A DNA stretch of 64,000 bases from an archaeon (GTDB taxonomy: Archaea; Iainarchaeota; Iainarchaeia; Iainarchaeales; GCA-2688035): the NCBI GenBank assembly GCA_041645325.1, contig JBAZQI010000001.1:8945-72944 (forward strand). Reading direction: 5' to 3'. How positions within the stretch are numbered: position 1 is the stretch's first letter; each line of letters opens with the position of its first letter. Position numbers and translations under genes: made by a program. The notes under the pieces were generated by a model. The model ran no database searches, was not told the origin of the DNA, and was given only the letters and a program-made list of their open reading frames with translations. Positions 45,659 through 54,773 of the stretch are shown piece after piece.

Positions 45659-45990
45659 GTGGAATGAAAAAGGAAAAGCCCGTGAGAAAGCTTTTGCGGA
45701 AATGCCAGCGCGCAAAAAGGCGTTACATTTTGTTCAGCCTTGCCCCGGGCTCCTGCGCCAATGCAAAACAGGCTTTTGACCTTGTGATGGGCTGTTTTTC
45801 TGATGAGCAAAGGAAGTGTTTTGGGACTTGGTTTATTGAATTCAACCCCAAGAAAAGCCTTGGCATTTTGAGGTGCAGGCTTGATTGCCTTGAGGAAACC
45901 AAGAGCGGGCTTGATGCAATTCCCGAAAGGTTTGGGGCAAAAATTGTCAGGGCAAGCGGCACGCTGAAAGCTTTAAGGCGCGGAAAATAG
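45655..45990 (+). CDS. RNase P protein subunit Pop5 (Rnp2)
   Basis: RRYILFSL...SGTLKAL pattern. Sits at the head of the psmA/exosome cluster, as in other archaea. Confidence 0.65.
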   Translation: MSGMKKEKPVRKLLRKCQRAKRRYILFSLAPGSCANAKQAFDLVMGCFSDEQRKCFGTWFIEFNPKKSLGILRCRLDCLEETKSGLDAIPERFGAKIVRASGTLKALRRGK

Positions 45991-46087
45991 TCGAAACTTG
46001 CCTCTCTAAGAACCTTTTTATAACTTCCGTTCTTCAAATTATAAAGTATAGGGAAAAGGGAAAAAAGAGTGTTTTTTTGAGGGGTTT

Positions 46088-46816
46088 TTGATGTATCCTG
46101 GTTCTCGGAAGAGCAGCGCGTACGATCGTGTTTCCACAATGTTCAGTCCTGACGGCAGGCTGTACCAGGTTGAGTATGCGAGCAAGATTGTTGAGCAGGG
46201 CACTTTGGGCGCTGCTGCGATTTACGACAAGGGCATTGTTTTTTCCGCGGACAAGAATGTCACAAGCAGGCTTTTGAAGCCTGCGAGCATTGAAAAGATT
46301 TTCAAGGTTGACCATCACATTGGCGCGATAAGCAGCGGCCTTGTGGGCGATGCAAGACGGCTTGTGCAGCTTGCGAGAAAAGAAGCGCAGGAAAACCGCA
46401 TGTATTACGACGAGGACATTCAGGTTGAGACCCTTGTGAAGCAGATTTCGGGAATAAAGCAGCTGTTCACGCAGTATGCCGGAATGAGGCCTTTTGGGGT
46501 TTCGTTCATAATCGGCGGCGTTGATGAAAGCGGTTCAAGGCTTTTTGAGACCGAGCCTTCGGGCGCACTGGCGGAATATTCCGCGATAACGATTGGAAAG
46601 GGAAAGAAAGAGGCAATGGCTTTTCTTGAAAAGAGTTACAAGGACGGCCTTGGCTTTGACCAGACGGTTTCATTGCTTCTTGAGGCGCTGGAGAAGGGCC
46701 TTGGGGAAAAGGAAAAGCTTGACGTTAACAGGTTGGATTTCGCTTTTGTTGAAAAAGGGAAGCCTTTTGAAAGGGTTTCCCAGCAAAAGCTCAAATCTTT
46801 TTTAGGGAAAAAGTAA
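46088..46816 (+). CDS. psmA: proteasome alpha subunit
   Basis: YDRVSTMFSPDGRLYQVEYA N-terminal signature. Confidence 0.9.
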   Translation: MMYPGSRKSSAYDRVSTMFSPDGRLYQVEYASKIVEQGTLGAAAIYDKGIVFSADKNVTSRLLKPASIEKIFKVDHHIGAISSGLVGDARRLVQLARKEAQENRMYYDEDIQVETLVKQISGIKQLFTQYAGMRPFGVSFIIGGVDESGSRLFETEPSGALAEYSAITIGKGKKEAMAFLEKSYKDGLGFDQTVSLLLEALEKGLGEKEKLDVNRLDFAFVEKGKPFERVSQQKLKSFLGKK

Positions 46817-46843
46817 AGGAATTTGAAAGAGGTTTTTTGACCA

Positions 46844-47539
46844 ATGGTCAAACTGGAAGAGGCTGTGACCGCAAGGTTTGACAGCCATGGTGAAAAATTT
46901 GAGATTCTCGTTGATCCGGACCTTGCGTTGGAGCTGCGGAAGGGAAAAAACGTGAGCATGTCGGATTTGCTTGCTGTTGAAACGGTGTTCAAGGATGCCG
47001 CAAAGGGAAGCGAGCAGAGCCCGGCTGCCTTAAGCAAGGCGTTTGGCACAACCAATGTTTTTGATGTTGCAAAGAAGATTGTGAAGGACGGTGAGGTCGA
47101 GCTTACAACGGAGCAAAGGCGCAGGATAAGGGACGCCAAGGTAAAAGAGGTTGTTGAGTTCATTGCAAGGAATGCGGTGAATCCGCAGACCAATGCGCCT
47201 CACCCGGTTCAGAGGATTGAGAACGCTTTGGTTGAGGCAAAGGTGAAGATTGACGAAATGAAAAGCGTTGAGGAACAGCTTCCGGCCATTTTGAAGGAGC
47301 TGAAGAAACTGCTTCCGATTTCGATGGAGCAAATCCAGATTGCGGTTAAGATTCCCGCAATTCACGCCGCAAAGGCAGAGCACGTGCTGCACAAGTACAA
47401 GATTATGAAGGAGGGCTGGCAGGGCGATGGCAGCCTTATTGCTGTTGTTGAAATGCCGGCCGGCCTCAAGCAGGATTTTTTGAACGACCTGAACAACCTG
47501 TGTCATGGTGACATTGAGACAAAAATTTTGGAGAAGTGA
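46844..47539 (+). CDS. SBDS-family ribosome maturation protein
   Basis: FEILVDPDLALELRKG FYSH domain. Confidence 0.85.
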   Translation: MVKLEEAVTARFDSHGEKFEILVDPDLALELRKGKNVSMSDLLAVETVFKDAAKGSEQSPAALSKAFGTTNVFDVAKKIVKDGEVELTTEQRRRIRDAKVKEVVEFIARNAVNPQTNAPHPVQRIENALVEAKVKIDEMKSVEEQLPAILKELKKLLPISMEQIQIAVKIPAIHAAKAEHVLHKYKIMKEGWQGDGSLIAVVEMPAGLKQDFLNDLNNLCHGDIETKILEK

Positions 47540-47545
47540 TTTTGG

Positions 47546-48217
47546 ATGGATAACGAAATTCAGGCTGTAGCGCCCCAAGAGGGTGCAAAGGCCGAACACA
47601 AAAAGAAGATGATTGTCGTGCCGGGCGACCTGGTTACCGAAGAGAGAAAAAAGCTTGGTCAGCATGTCTTTATTGAAGACGGGAAGGTTTACTCGGATGC
47701 TTTGGGAATAACTTACCCTGATTCCGAGATTGCGTATGTCGTGCCTTTGGCCGGTGTTTACATTCCGCAAAGGGACGATCTTATTGTCGGGATTATTGAA
47801 AGGGAAACAGTGAAGGGCTATATGGTCAACATAAACAGCATTTATCCGAGTTACCTTTCGGCTGACAAGTGCAGGGATGTTCTTCAGAAGGCAAGCGTTG
47901 TGAGCGCAAAGGTTGATGCGGTGAATGAGATAAACGAGGCCGAGCTGTTTGATGTCAGGGTTTTTTACGGCGGAGAAATCCTTTCCGTGAACCCTTCAAA
48001 GGTGCCGAGGATAATCGGGAAAAACGGGAGCATGCTTTTGGTTCTCAAGGAGGGCACGGGCTGCAACCTGCTTGTCGGCAGGAACGGCTGGGTCTGGATA
48101 AAGGGCGGCGACGTGAAAAAGCTTGCCGATGCAATCAAGCTTATCGAGTCCGAAGCCCATTTGGACAACCTTACAGTGAAGGTTGAAGCGTTTTTAAAAG
48201 GGAAAAAGGTGAATTGA
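47546..48217 (+). CDS. rrp4: exosome RNA-binding subunit Rrp4 (S1 + KH)
   Basis: S1 fold PGDLV...VYIPQRDDLIVGII; KH GxxG IGKNGS. Confidence 0.85.
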   Translation: MDNEIQAVAPQEGAKAEHKKKMIVVPGDLVTEERKKLGQHVFIEDGKVYSDALGITYPDSEIAYVVPLAGVYIPQRDDLIVGIIERETVKGYMVNINSIYPSYLSADKCRDVLQKASVVSAKVDAVNEINEAELFDVRVFYGGEILSVNPSKVPRIIGKNGSMLLVLKEGTGCNLLVGRNGWVWIKGGDVKKLADAIKLIESEAHLDNLTVKVEAFLKGKKVN

Positions 48218-48218
48218 G

Positions 48219-48956
48219 ATGGCTAAAAAACAGGAAAAAATAGAGTATGTGAAAAACGGGAAGAGATTGGACGGAAGAAAGGTTGACGAATTGAGGCCTG
48301 TAAAGATGGAGGTCGGCGTTTTGTCGAATGCCGACGGTTCGGCTTACCTTGAGTGGGGGCAGAACAAAGTTCTGGTCGGGGTGCACGGCCCAAAGGAGGC
48401 TTTGCCAAAGCACAAGCAGAACCCCTACAAGGGCCTTGTGAGGTACACTTACAGGATGGCTACCTTCAGCGTTCCTGACAGGAAGAATCCGAGGCCCGGA
48501 AGGCGCGAGTCGGAGATAAGCAAGGTTTCAGGCGAGGCTTTGGAAAAGGCAATTTTCCTTGAAAAGTTTCCCAATACTGCAATAGACATCTATGTTGAGA
48601 TTTTTGACAGCAATGCAGGCACCAGGGTCGCGGCCTTGACTGCGGCAAGCCTTGCGCTTGCTGACGCAGGAATTCCGATGAGGGATTTGGTGTGCGCTGT
48701 CGGCGTCGGAAAGGCGGGCGGCGAGATAATCCTTGACCTGAACAAGGACGAGGAGGACGCGCCTGACGCGGTAGACATTCCGATTGCCATAATGCCGCGC
48801 ACAGAGGAAATAGTGCTGCTGCAGATGGATGGCTTGCTGACAAAGCCTGAGTGGAACAAGGCTGTAAAGCTCGGCATTGAGGGCTGCAAGCGGATTTATG
48901 AGATGCAGAAGCAGGCTTTGAGGAAAAAGTATGCCGAAGCGGAACAGGAGATGTGA
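48219..48956 (+). CDS. rrp41: exosome catalytic subunit Rrp41 (RNase PH fold)
   Basis: GRKVDELRP...ADGSAYLEWG RNase PH signature. Confidence 0.9.
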   Translation: MAKKQEKIEYVKNGKRLDGRKVDELRPVKMEVGVLSNADGSAYLEWGQNKVLVGVHGPKEALPKHKQNPYKGLVRYTYRMATFSVPDRKNPRPGRRESEISKVSGEALEKAIFLEKFPNTAIDIYVEIFDSNAGTRVAALTAASLALADAGIPMRDLVCAVGVGKAGGEIILDLNKDEEDAPDAVDIPIAIMPRTEEIVLLQMDGLLTKPEWNKAVKLGIEGCKRIYEMQKQALRKKYAEAEQEM

Positions 48957-49741
48957 TTTGGATGGAAAATATCATTTGGGATTTGAGAACGGACAATGTT
49001 GTTTCCCTGATAAAGGATGGGAAAAGGGCTGATGGCAGGAAGCTTGACGAGTACCGGAAGATTGAGGTTGTGAAGGGAATAAGCGAGAATGCCGACGGAA
49101 GCGCAATGGTAAAGCTTGGCAGCACAGGGGTTGTTGCCGGCGTAAAGCTTGTGCCCGGCCAGCCTTATCCGGACAACCCTGACGAGGGCACGATAAGCGT
49201 TAGCTTGGAGCTTTTGCCGCTTGCCGATCCAACCTATGAGGTTGGTCCGCCCAGGGACGACGCAATAGAGATTGCGCGCGTTGTTGACAGGGGCATAAGG
49301 GAAAGCAAGGCTATTGATTTCAAAGGCCTTTGCATCCGCGAGGGCGAACTGGCGTGGATTGCCTTTGTAGACTTTTATGTCACAAACAACGATGGCAACG
49401 CCTTTGACGCCGGAAGCATTGCATGCCTGGCCGCGTTGAATGAAACAAGGTTTCCAAAGCTTGACGGCGATGCCATTGTGAAGCACGAGTACAGCGGCAA
49501 GCTCAAGCTCTCAAAGCAGCCTTTGCTTTCAACCTTTTCAAAGATTGGCGGCAAGATTGTCGTTGACCCTTGCCTTGCCGAGGAAAAGGCCCAGGAGGCA
49601 AGATTCAGCTGTGCGGTTGCCGATGACAAGGCATTGTGCGCTTTCCAGAAAGGCGAGGGCGGTTCTTTCAAGGCAAGTGAAATAGACGAATGCATTGAAC
49701 TGGCTTTCAAGCACGCAAAGGAAATAAGGAAACTGGTGTAA
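48953..49741 (+). CDS. rrp42: exosome subunit Rrp42 (RNase PH-like, non-catalytic)
   Basis: Second RNase PH-like ring subunit; overlaps the Rrp41 stop by 4 nt. Confidence 0.85.
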   Translation: MIWMENIIWDLRTDNVVSLIKDGKRADGRKLDEYRKIEVVKGISENADGSAMVKLGSTGVVAGVKLVPGQPYPDNPDEGTISVSLELLPLADPTYEVGPPRDDAIEIARVVDRGIRESKAIDFKGLCIREGELAWIAFVDFYVTNNDGNAFDAGSIACLAALNETRFPKLDGDAIVKHEYSGKLKLSKQPLLSTFSKIGGKIVVDPCLAEEKAQEARFSCAVADDKALCAFQKGEGGSFKASEIDECIELAFKHAKEIRKLV

Positions 49742-49754
49742 GGGGTTTTGCAAG

Positions 49755-50105
49755 ATGGGCAACACGAAAAAAGTCGGAACAGCGGGGCGTTTTGGCTCGC
49801 GCTACGGCATTGGAATAAGGAAAAAGCTTCTGAAGATTGAGTCCAAGCAGGAGAAGAATTACCATTGCCCTTTCTGCGGCTTCAAAAAGGTCGGGAGAAG
49901 GGCCGCAGGCCTTTATGTGTGCAGGAAATGCCAGGCAACCTTTGCCGGCGGCGCTTATCTGCCTTCAACCCTGCCTGGCTCGATAATCAGGAAAACTGTT
50001 TCGCAGAAGGGTTTTGCTTCAGAGGCAAAGGCGCTTGAGGCAATAATGGAGCATGTTTCCGAAGAGGAAGTTCAGGAAGAAAAGAAGGGAAGGGAAAAGA
50101 AATAG
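49755..50105 (+). CDS. rpl37ae: ribosomal protein L37Ae with C-terminal acidic extension
   Basis: CPFCG...CRKC zinc ribbon and an N-terminal basic block. Confidence 0.8.
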   Translation: MGNTKKVGTAGRFGSRYGIGIRKKLLKIESKQEKNYHCPFCGFKKVGRRAAGLYVCRKCQATFAGGAYLPSTLPGSIIRKTVSQKGFASEAKALEAIMEHVSEEEVQEEKKGREKK

Positions 50106-50122
50106 TTTTTGAGGGTGAAAAA

Positions 50123-50260
50123 ATGGCAAGCTACAAGTGTATAAAATGCGGGCATTTTGTTTCCGCGTTGCAGCCCGGGATGGTAAGGTGCCCTTCTTGC
50201 GCCAACAGAATCCTTTACAAGATGAGGGACAATGTTGCAAAAGACGTCAAGGCAAGATGA
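50123..50260 (+). CDS. rpoP: RNA polymerase subunit P (Rpo12/RpoP)
   Basis: 45 aa, MASYKCIKCGHF...CPSCANRILYK zinc ribbon. Too short to appear in the ORF track. Confidence 0.65.
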   Translation: MASYKCIKCGHFVSALQPGMVRCPSCANRILYKMRDNVAKDVKAR

Positions 50261-50495
50261 GTTCAGCCTTTCCCTGGAACTGTGTTTTTCCGGCAGGGAA
50301 ATGGCGGAGGCTTTGCAGAGGGCAATTTTGCCGGAGCTGAAGGAAAGGCATCTGAAAAGAAGCAGCGTTTCGCTTGGTATTAAAAAAGGAATTATTTCAA
50401 TTAATATCAGGTCGCAGGACGCTGTTGCAATGAGGGCTTCTTTGAACGGGTGCCTGAATTCAATTATTCTTGCAGAAAGTGTTATGGAGGTCTGA
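50232..50495 (+). CDS. putative KEOPS subunit Pcc1-like small protein
   Basis: About 80 aa with a beta-alpha-beta-like pattern. Sits where Pcc1 lies in other archaeal superoperons. The start is uncertain (overlaps rpoP). Confidence 0.35.
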   Translation: MLQKTSRQDEFSLSLELCFSGREMAEALQRAILPELKERHLKRSSVSLGIKKGIISINIRSQDAVAMRASLNGCLNSIILAESVMEV

Positions 50496-50497
50496 AG

Positions 50498-50848
50498 ATG
50501 GCTGAGATTGATAAATCAAAAATAGCGGAATTTGAGAGGGGGCGAGCCCAGCTGTTCGGCATCTCACAGCAGAAACAGCAGCTGCAGATTCAGAGCATGG
50601 CTTTGAAGCAGGCCCTTGAGGAACTGGAGAAAACAAAGGAAAAAAGGGTCTACAAAGCGGTTGGCAACATCCTTATACAGGAGGATACAGTCAAGGTCAA
50701 GAAAGAGCTTGAGGAAAAGAAGACTTCAACTGACTTAAGGCTAAAGACCATGCAGAAGCAGGAAGACAGCCTTATCAACAGGCTCAACAAGCTCAAGTCA
50801 GAGTTTGAGTCAGGCGCCAAGAAAGCCGAAAAAGAAGACAAAAAGTGA
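50498..50848 (+). CDS. pfdB: prefoldin beta subunit
   Basis: Two coiled-coil arms flanking a beta hairpin. Confidence 0.8.
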   Translation: MAEIDKSKIAEFERGRAQLFGISQQKQQLQIQSMALKQALEELEKTKEKRVYKAVGNILIQEDTVKVKKELEEKKTSTDLRLKTMQKQEDSLINRLNKLKSEFESGAKKAEKEDKK

Positions 50849-51861
50849 TGCCTTTGGTCAGGCCCCTTTCTTCATTCAAGGGCAAAAACATCCTGCTGGT
50901 AACCCATTCGGGCTGTGACGTTGACGCAATCTGCGCCGCAGCTTCGCTGTTTTTTTTCCTCAAAAGGAAAAATAGGGCTGAGATTCTTGTGCCAGAGCAC
51001 ATTGCCCTGCCGGCAAAAACCTTTGCAAAAAAGCTTGGGATCCCTTACAAGGTTGTGAAGAGCGCTTCGCTGAAGGGCTTTGACTGCCTTTTTCTGGTTG
51101 ACTTCAATGAACTGAAGATGGCGGGCGCCCTGGAACCGGAAATAAGCGCCTTCAAAGGGCAGATTTTCCTTGTAGACCACCACAGGCAGGCACAAAAAAG
51201 CATTGCAAGCCAGCAAAACAGCCTTGTTGACCCAAATGCCGTTGCCTCCTGCGAGCTTGTGTTTGACTGGCTTAAAAAAAGCGGCGTTGCGCTTGACAAA
51301 AAAACAGCAACATGCATTGCAGCAGGCATTGTCACAGACTCGGCTTTTTTTCTCACCGCAAACAGCAGGACCTTTGCAATAATGTCCGAAGCCATGGAAA
51401 AAAGCGGCCGCACTTTTTCATCAATTCCCCCGCTTTTTTCAGTGAAGCAGACCTTTGACGAAAAAGTTGCAAAGCTCAAGGCCGCAAAACGCGCCCGAAT
51501 TTTTCTCGTCTCAGATTACGTTGTTGTTGCATCCGACGTGGGCGCCTTTGAGGCAGATGCGGCTTCAGCGCTCACAAGAATCGGCGCAGACATTGCTTTT
51601 GTCGGGGATTCCAACGAAGGAAAGCTGCGAATAAGCGGCAGGGCATTGCAGAACGTGGTAAAAAAAGAAGGGTTTGACCTTGCAAAGCACGTTTTCCAAA
51701 GGTTTCCAAGTGAATTCGGCGGAAGCGGCGGAGGGCATGCCGGCGCTGCCGGTTTCAATGGCAAGGGCAAGGACATAAATGCCGCGCTGATGCAATGCGT
51801 TTCCCTCACAAGGGAATATTTCAAAAAAAGAAAGGGCTACAGGTTCAAGGAATACTCTTAG
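50845..51861 (+). CDS. DHH-family phosphoesterase (NrnA/RecJ-like)
   Basis: LLVTHSGCDVDAIC, FLVDHH and GGGH motifs. Confidence 0.75.
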   Translation: MMPLVRPLSSFKGKNILLVTHSGCDVDAICAAASLFFFLKRKNRAEILVPEHIALPAKTFAKKLGIPYKVVKSASLKGFDCLFLVDFNELKMAGALEPEISAFKGQIFLVDHHRQAQKSIASQQNSLVDPNAVASCELVFDWLKKSGVALDKKTATCIAAGIVTDSAFFLTANSRTFAIMSEAMEKSGRTFSSIPPLFSVKQTFDEKVAKLKAAKRARIFLVSDYVVVASDVGAFEADAASALTRIGADIAFVGDSNEGKLRISGRALQNVVKKEGFDLAKHVFQRFPSEFGGSGGGHAGAAGFNGKGKDINAALMQCVSLTREYFKKRKGYRFKEYS

Positions 51862-51864
51862 AAG

Positions 51865-52548
51865 CTACTTGGCCTTTTCCACAACCTTCAGCAGGTCCGC
51901 AGGCTCTTTCAGCACAAAATCGGCCTTTGATTTCGCCTTTACAATCTGCCCGTATTCCGCAAGCGCTGTTTTCATTCCCATTGCCTTTGCGCCCTTTATG
52001 TCCCTTTCAGGGTTGTCTCCGACAAAAAGAATTTCCTCCGGCTTCAGGCCGAGCTTTTTTATTGCCTGCCTGAATGGCAGCCTGCTTGGCTTCAGTCTTC
52101 CGGTGTCCTCCAAGGCGACAACAACGTCAAAAAATTCGGAAAGGTTCATTTCGGCGAGGCGCAGCCATGCCTGCATTCTCGGCGCATCGCTCACAATGCC
52201 CAGCTTGAGGCCGAACGATTTAAGCTTTATCAGCGTTTCCCTCACCCTTGGATAAGGGGCCATGCTTCCTGCCTTCATGCGCCTGTAGGCCGCAATGCCG
52301 CTCGCAAGCACCCTGTAATCAACCCCGCCATTGACCTTTCTTAAAAGCCTTTCAAAGATTCGCTGGTCTTCCCAGCCGAAGTCGTCGTACATTCTGAAAA
52401 GAATCCCGCAAGCTTTTTCTTCGCTTATGCCCAGGCCAGCCTCAATCATTGCCCTTATGGCAGCCGAACTGCACTGCCTCTTGAACTGCATGAAATCAAC
52501 AAGCGTATTGTCAAGGTCAAACAAAACCGCGTTCAACACCATGACCAT
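51865..52548 (-). CDS. HAD-superfamily hydrolase
   Basis: LFDLDNTLVD motif I; (S/T) motif II; K...GDNPERD motifs III/IV. Confidence 0.8.
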   Translation of the reverse strand: MVMVLNAVLFDLDNTLVDFMQFKRQCSSAAIRAMIEAGLGISEEKACGILFRMYDDFGWEDQRIFERLLRKVNGGVDYRVLASGIAAYRRMKAGSMAPYPRVRETLIKLKSFGLKLGIVSDAPRMQAWLRLAEMNLSEFFDVVVALEDTGRLKPSRLPFRQAIKKLGLKPEEILFVGDNPERDIKGAKAMGMKTALAEYGQIVKAKSKADFVLKEPADLLKVVEKAK

Positions 52549-52602
52549 AATTGGTCAAATTATCCTTTTAAACACTTCCGAACCAAAGCCAATTTACCGA
52601 AC

Positions 52603-52731
52603 ATGAACTGCCCAAAATGCGGAATGGAAATGAGACATGTTGACCTGGTGCAGGTTGTAGGCACAAATATTTTCATAACCCTAGAGTGCCCTTCCTGCCA
52701 TTACAGGGCGGAGCGGCAGGCAAAGCCGTGA
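52603..52731 (+). CDS. 42-aa zinc-ribbon protein
   Basis: MNCPKCGMEMRHVDLVQVVGTNIFITLECPSCHYRAERQAKP with two CxxC pairs. Below the ORF-track length cutoff. Confidence 0.4.
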   Translation: MNCPKCGMEMRHVDLVQVVGTNIFITLECPSCHYRAERQAKP

Positions 52732-52881
52732 TTCAGGCAACCTTTCTTCTTGGCTTTGGAGTTCTTCCGCCAAATATTATTCCCAGCCTTTGCATTCTTT
52801 GCTGTATTGTTTGCCTGCGCTTTATTCTTTTTTCTACTGCAGTCAGTCGTCTGAGCCCTTCTGTTATTGCCATATTTTTTT

Positions 52882-53208
52882 TCACTCCAGCTGCTTCAGC
52901 CTTACAAAACAGTTTTCGCAGATGAATTTTTCGTTGAAGTCAATGCCGTTCATGCCGCCTGTGCCGCAAAGGATGCAGATTTTTCCGTGCTGTGGCAGTG
53001 AAAAGTTTTCCGCCCAGGCCCTCAAAAGCTCCCATGAAACCCACTTTGGCATGAACAATTCGCGAAAAACGCTTTTGTCGTTCTTTTGAATGCGCTCAAA
53101 CTGGCTTGGCATGACTTTCCTGTGGAGGCCTTTCAGGAAATTCACCTTTTCCAAATCGCCTTTTCTCATCAAATCATTTACCGTCTGTTCAAAAAATTCA
53201 TTTGCCAT
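52882..53208 (-). CDS. hypothetical protein with C-terminal zinc ribbon
   Basis: CILCGTGG...CENCF. Confidence 0.45.
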   Translation of the reverse strand: MANEFFEQTVNDLMRKGDLEKVNFLKGLHRKVMPSQFERIQKNDKSVFRELFMPKWVSWELLRAWAENFSLPQHGKICILCGTGGMNGIDFNEKFICENCFVRLKQLE

Positions 53209-53235
53209 AAAACCACTTCATTCCCATTTTATCAC

Positions 53236-53276
53236 TTCAGGTAAATAACCTTTTTTCCATTCTTAATCTTTGCCCT
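53236..53276 (+). repeat. 41-bp direct repeat DR1, a duplicate of the 3' end (last 14 codons + stop) of gene 53353..53769
   Basis: ttcaggtaaataaccttttttccattcttaatctttgccct versus 53357-53397 tttaggtaaatgactttttttccattcttaatctttgccct. Both reverse complements encode RAKIKNGKKVIYLK followed by a stop. Confidence 0.75.
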
Positions 53277-53350
53277 AGCCGTCACGTCCGGCTGGTACGG
53301 GCACAACCTCGCTTGGGCTCGGTTGAGCCGGCTCGCTGCTGCTCGCACTT
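53277..53350 (+). repeat. family-2 repeat copy C, bracketed by the 41-bp direct repeats
   Basis: agccgtcacgtccggctggtacggg...ggctcggttgagcc...ggctcgctgctgctcgca. Confidence 0.6.
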
Positions 53351-53352
53351 AA

Positions 53353-53769
53353 TCATTTTAGGTAAATGACTTTTTTTCCATTCTTAATCTTTGCCCTTTT
53401 TGCGTATTTTTCCAGGTAGTGCACCGTGCTCTTTGAAATGCCTGTAACGCGCTCCACTTCGCGCAGGCTCTGGTAGTCCTTTCTCATTTCAAGCGCCTGC
53501 TGCATTTTCTCCAAAGGCATTGAAATCGGCCTTCCCGGCCTTGCCACTGTTTCCAAAACAACGCCTTTTTGCCAGAGCAATGCAACGCTTTTCTTCGGCA
53601 TTCTTGCAATGCAGCTTTTGCTTGCGCTCGCAGTTTCAAGCATTGCGCATTTTTTCAGGATTCCTTCAAGCAATTCCTTTTTTACCGGCCTGACAAAATG
53701 CAGTTTTGCCGCTTCCTTCGGAATATCCCTGGCGTCCATTCCCGGCAAAACAGAAAAAATCATGCACAA
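53353..53769 (-). CDS. HTH DNA-binding protein (resolvase/sigma-70 region 4-like HTH at C-terminus)
   Basis: SLREVERVTGISKSTVHYLEKY helix-turn-helix. Confidence 0.5.
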   Translation of the reverse strand: MCMIFSVLPGMDARDIPKEAAKLHFVRPVKKELLEGILKKCAMLETASASKSCIARMPKKSVALLWQKGVVLETVARPGRPISMPLEKMQQALEMRKDYQSLREVERVTGISKSTVHYLEKYAKRAKIKNGKKVIYLK

Positions 53770-53789
53770 ATATTAGGACAAAGCCTTAT

Positions 53790-54719
53790 TTAAGAATTAG
53801 CCCTTTTTCCCCTGACCTTTCCCGCAATCTTGCTTTTTGCCGCATACTTTATGCCGCTGAGCACGTCTTTTTTCCTGAAGGTTATCCTGTCGAAAGAAAT
53901 GCCCTGTTTTGTTTCCCTTACATACGGGCCTGCCCATTTCACATTGCCTTTGTCCTGCAGCGCCTCCAGAATGCCCTCAGGGCCTGCCTTGCCTTTCACT
54001 TCGAGCTTCACAATGCCCGAGCCTATTGCCTGCGGGTTGTGTGCGTCGCTTCCAGCCGTAATAAAGGCCGCCTTTTGCGCGAGCTCAAAAGGCTTGATGC
54101 CCCTTTCTATTATTTCCCTGCCTTTCTTGTCAAGCTTTTCCTTGCCTTTTGCGCCCAGCCTGCTAAGCCTTGTTTTTCTGCCAATCCTGCTTTTTTCCAG
54201 GAAGTCAAAAAAGTTCATGGGCTTTTTCACCCAGCTTGTTGAGTAAAAAAACGAGCCGACGTTGCCGAACATTCCGTTGAATGCCTCAACGCCGATTTTT
54301 TCCTTTTCCACAAGCGCGTTCAGCTTTTTTTCGCCCAAAATGAATGCCGCGCTGTCGTTTGAAAACCCCCAGGGGTGCGAAATTCCCAAAAGGAAGCCGT
54401 GTTTTTTTGCCAGCTCCAAAGCGTCTTTCACCAAAACCTTTTTGCCAAAAAGCTTTTCCAAATCATAAATGCCCTGGTCTTTGCCAAGCACCAGCATGTG
54501 CCCTGCCTCGCTTGTTATTTCCATTCCGGGAATCAGGGCAATGCCTTTTGGCTTTTCCTCAAAGAGCATTTCGTAGGCCAGCCCTGGCTTTTCGTAAGAG
54601 TGCTCTGTTATCGCTATGGCCCCAAGCTTTCTCGCCTTTACAGCTTTCCAGTACGCCTTTGGCTTCACGCCCTTTTCAAGCAGGTGCGTGTGAAAGTCTA
54701 TTGCCAGCTCCGCCATCAA
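53790..54719 (-). CDS. PHP-domain metal-dependent phosphoesterase
   Basis: IDFHTH...AITEHS...GSDAH histidine motifs. Confidence 0.75.
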   Translation of the reverse strand: MMAELAIDFHTHLLEKGVKPKAYWKAVKARKLGAIAITEHSYEKPGLAYEMLFEEKPKGIALIPGMEITSEAGHMLVLGKDQGIYDLEKLFGKKVLVKDALELAKKHGFLLGISHPWGFSNDSAAFILGEKKLNALVEKEKIGVEAFNGMFGNVGSFFYSTSWVKKPMNFFDFLEKSRIGRKTRLSRLGAKGKEKLDKKGREIIERGIKPFELAQKAAFITAGSDAHNPQAIGSGIVKLEVKGKAGPEGILEALQDKGNVKWAGPYVRETKQGISFDRITFRKKDVLSGIKYAAKSKIAGKVRGKRANS

Positions 54720-54773
54720 ATAAATTTGTTCAGAAAACTATTTAAATCAAGAAACGCCCTATCTCTTCCGGTT

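Noticed and set aside
48466-49486. Minus-strand ORFs 48466..49125 and 48896..49486
   Set aside because: Antisense to rrp41/rrp42, with proline/serine/cysteine-rich low-complexity sequence.
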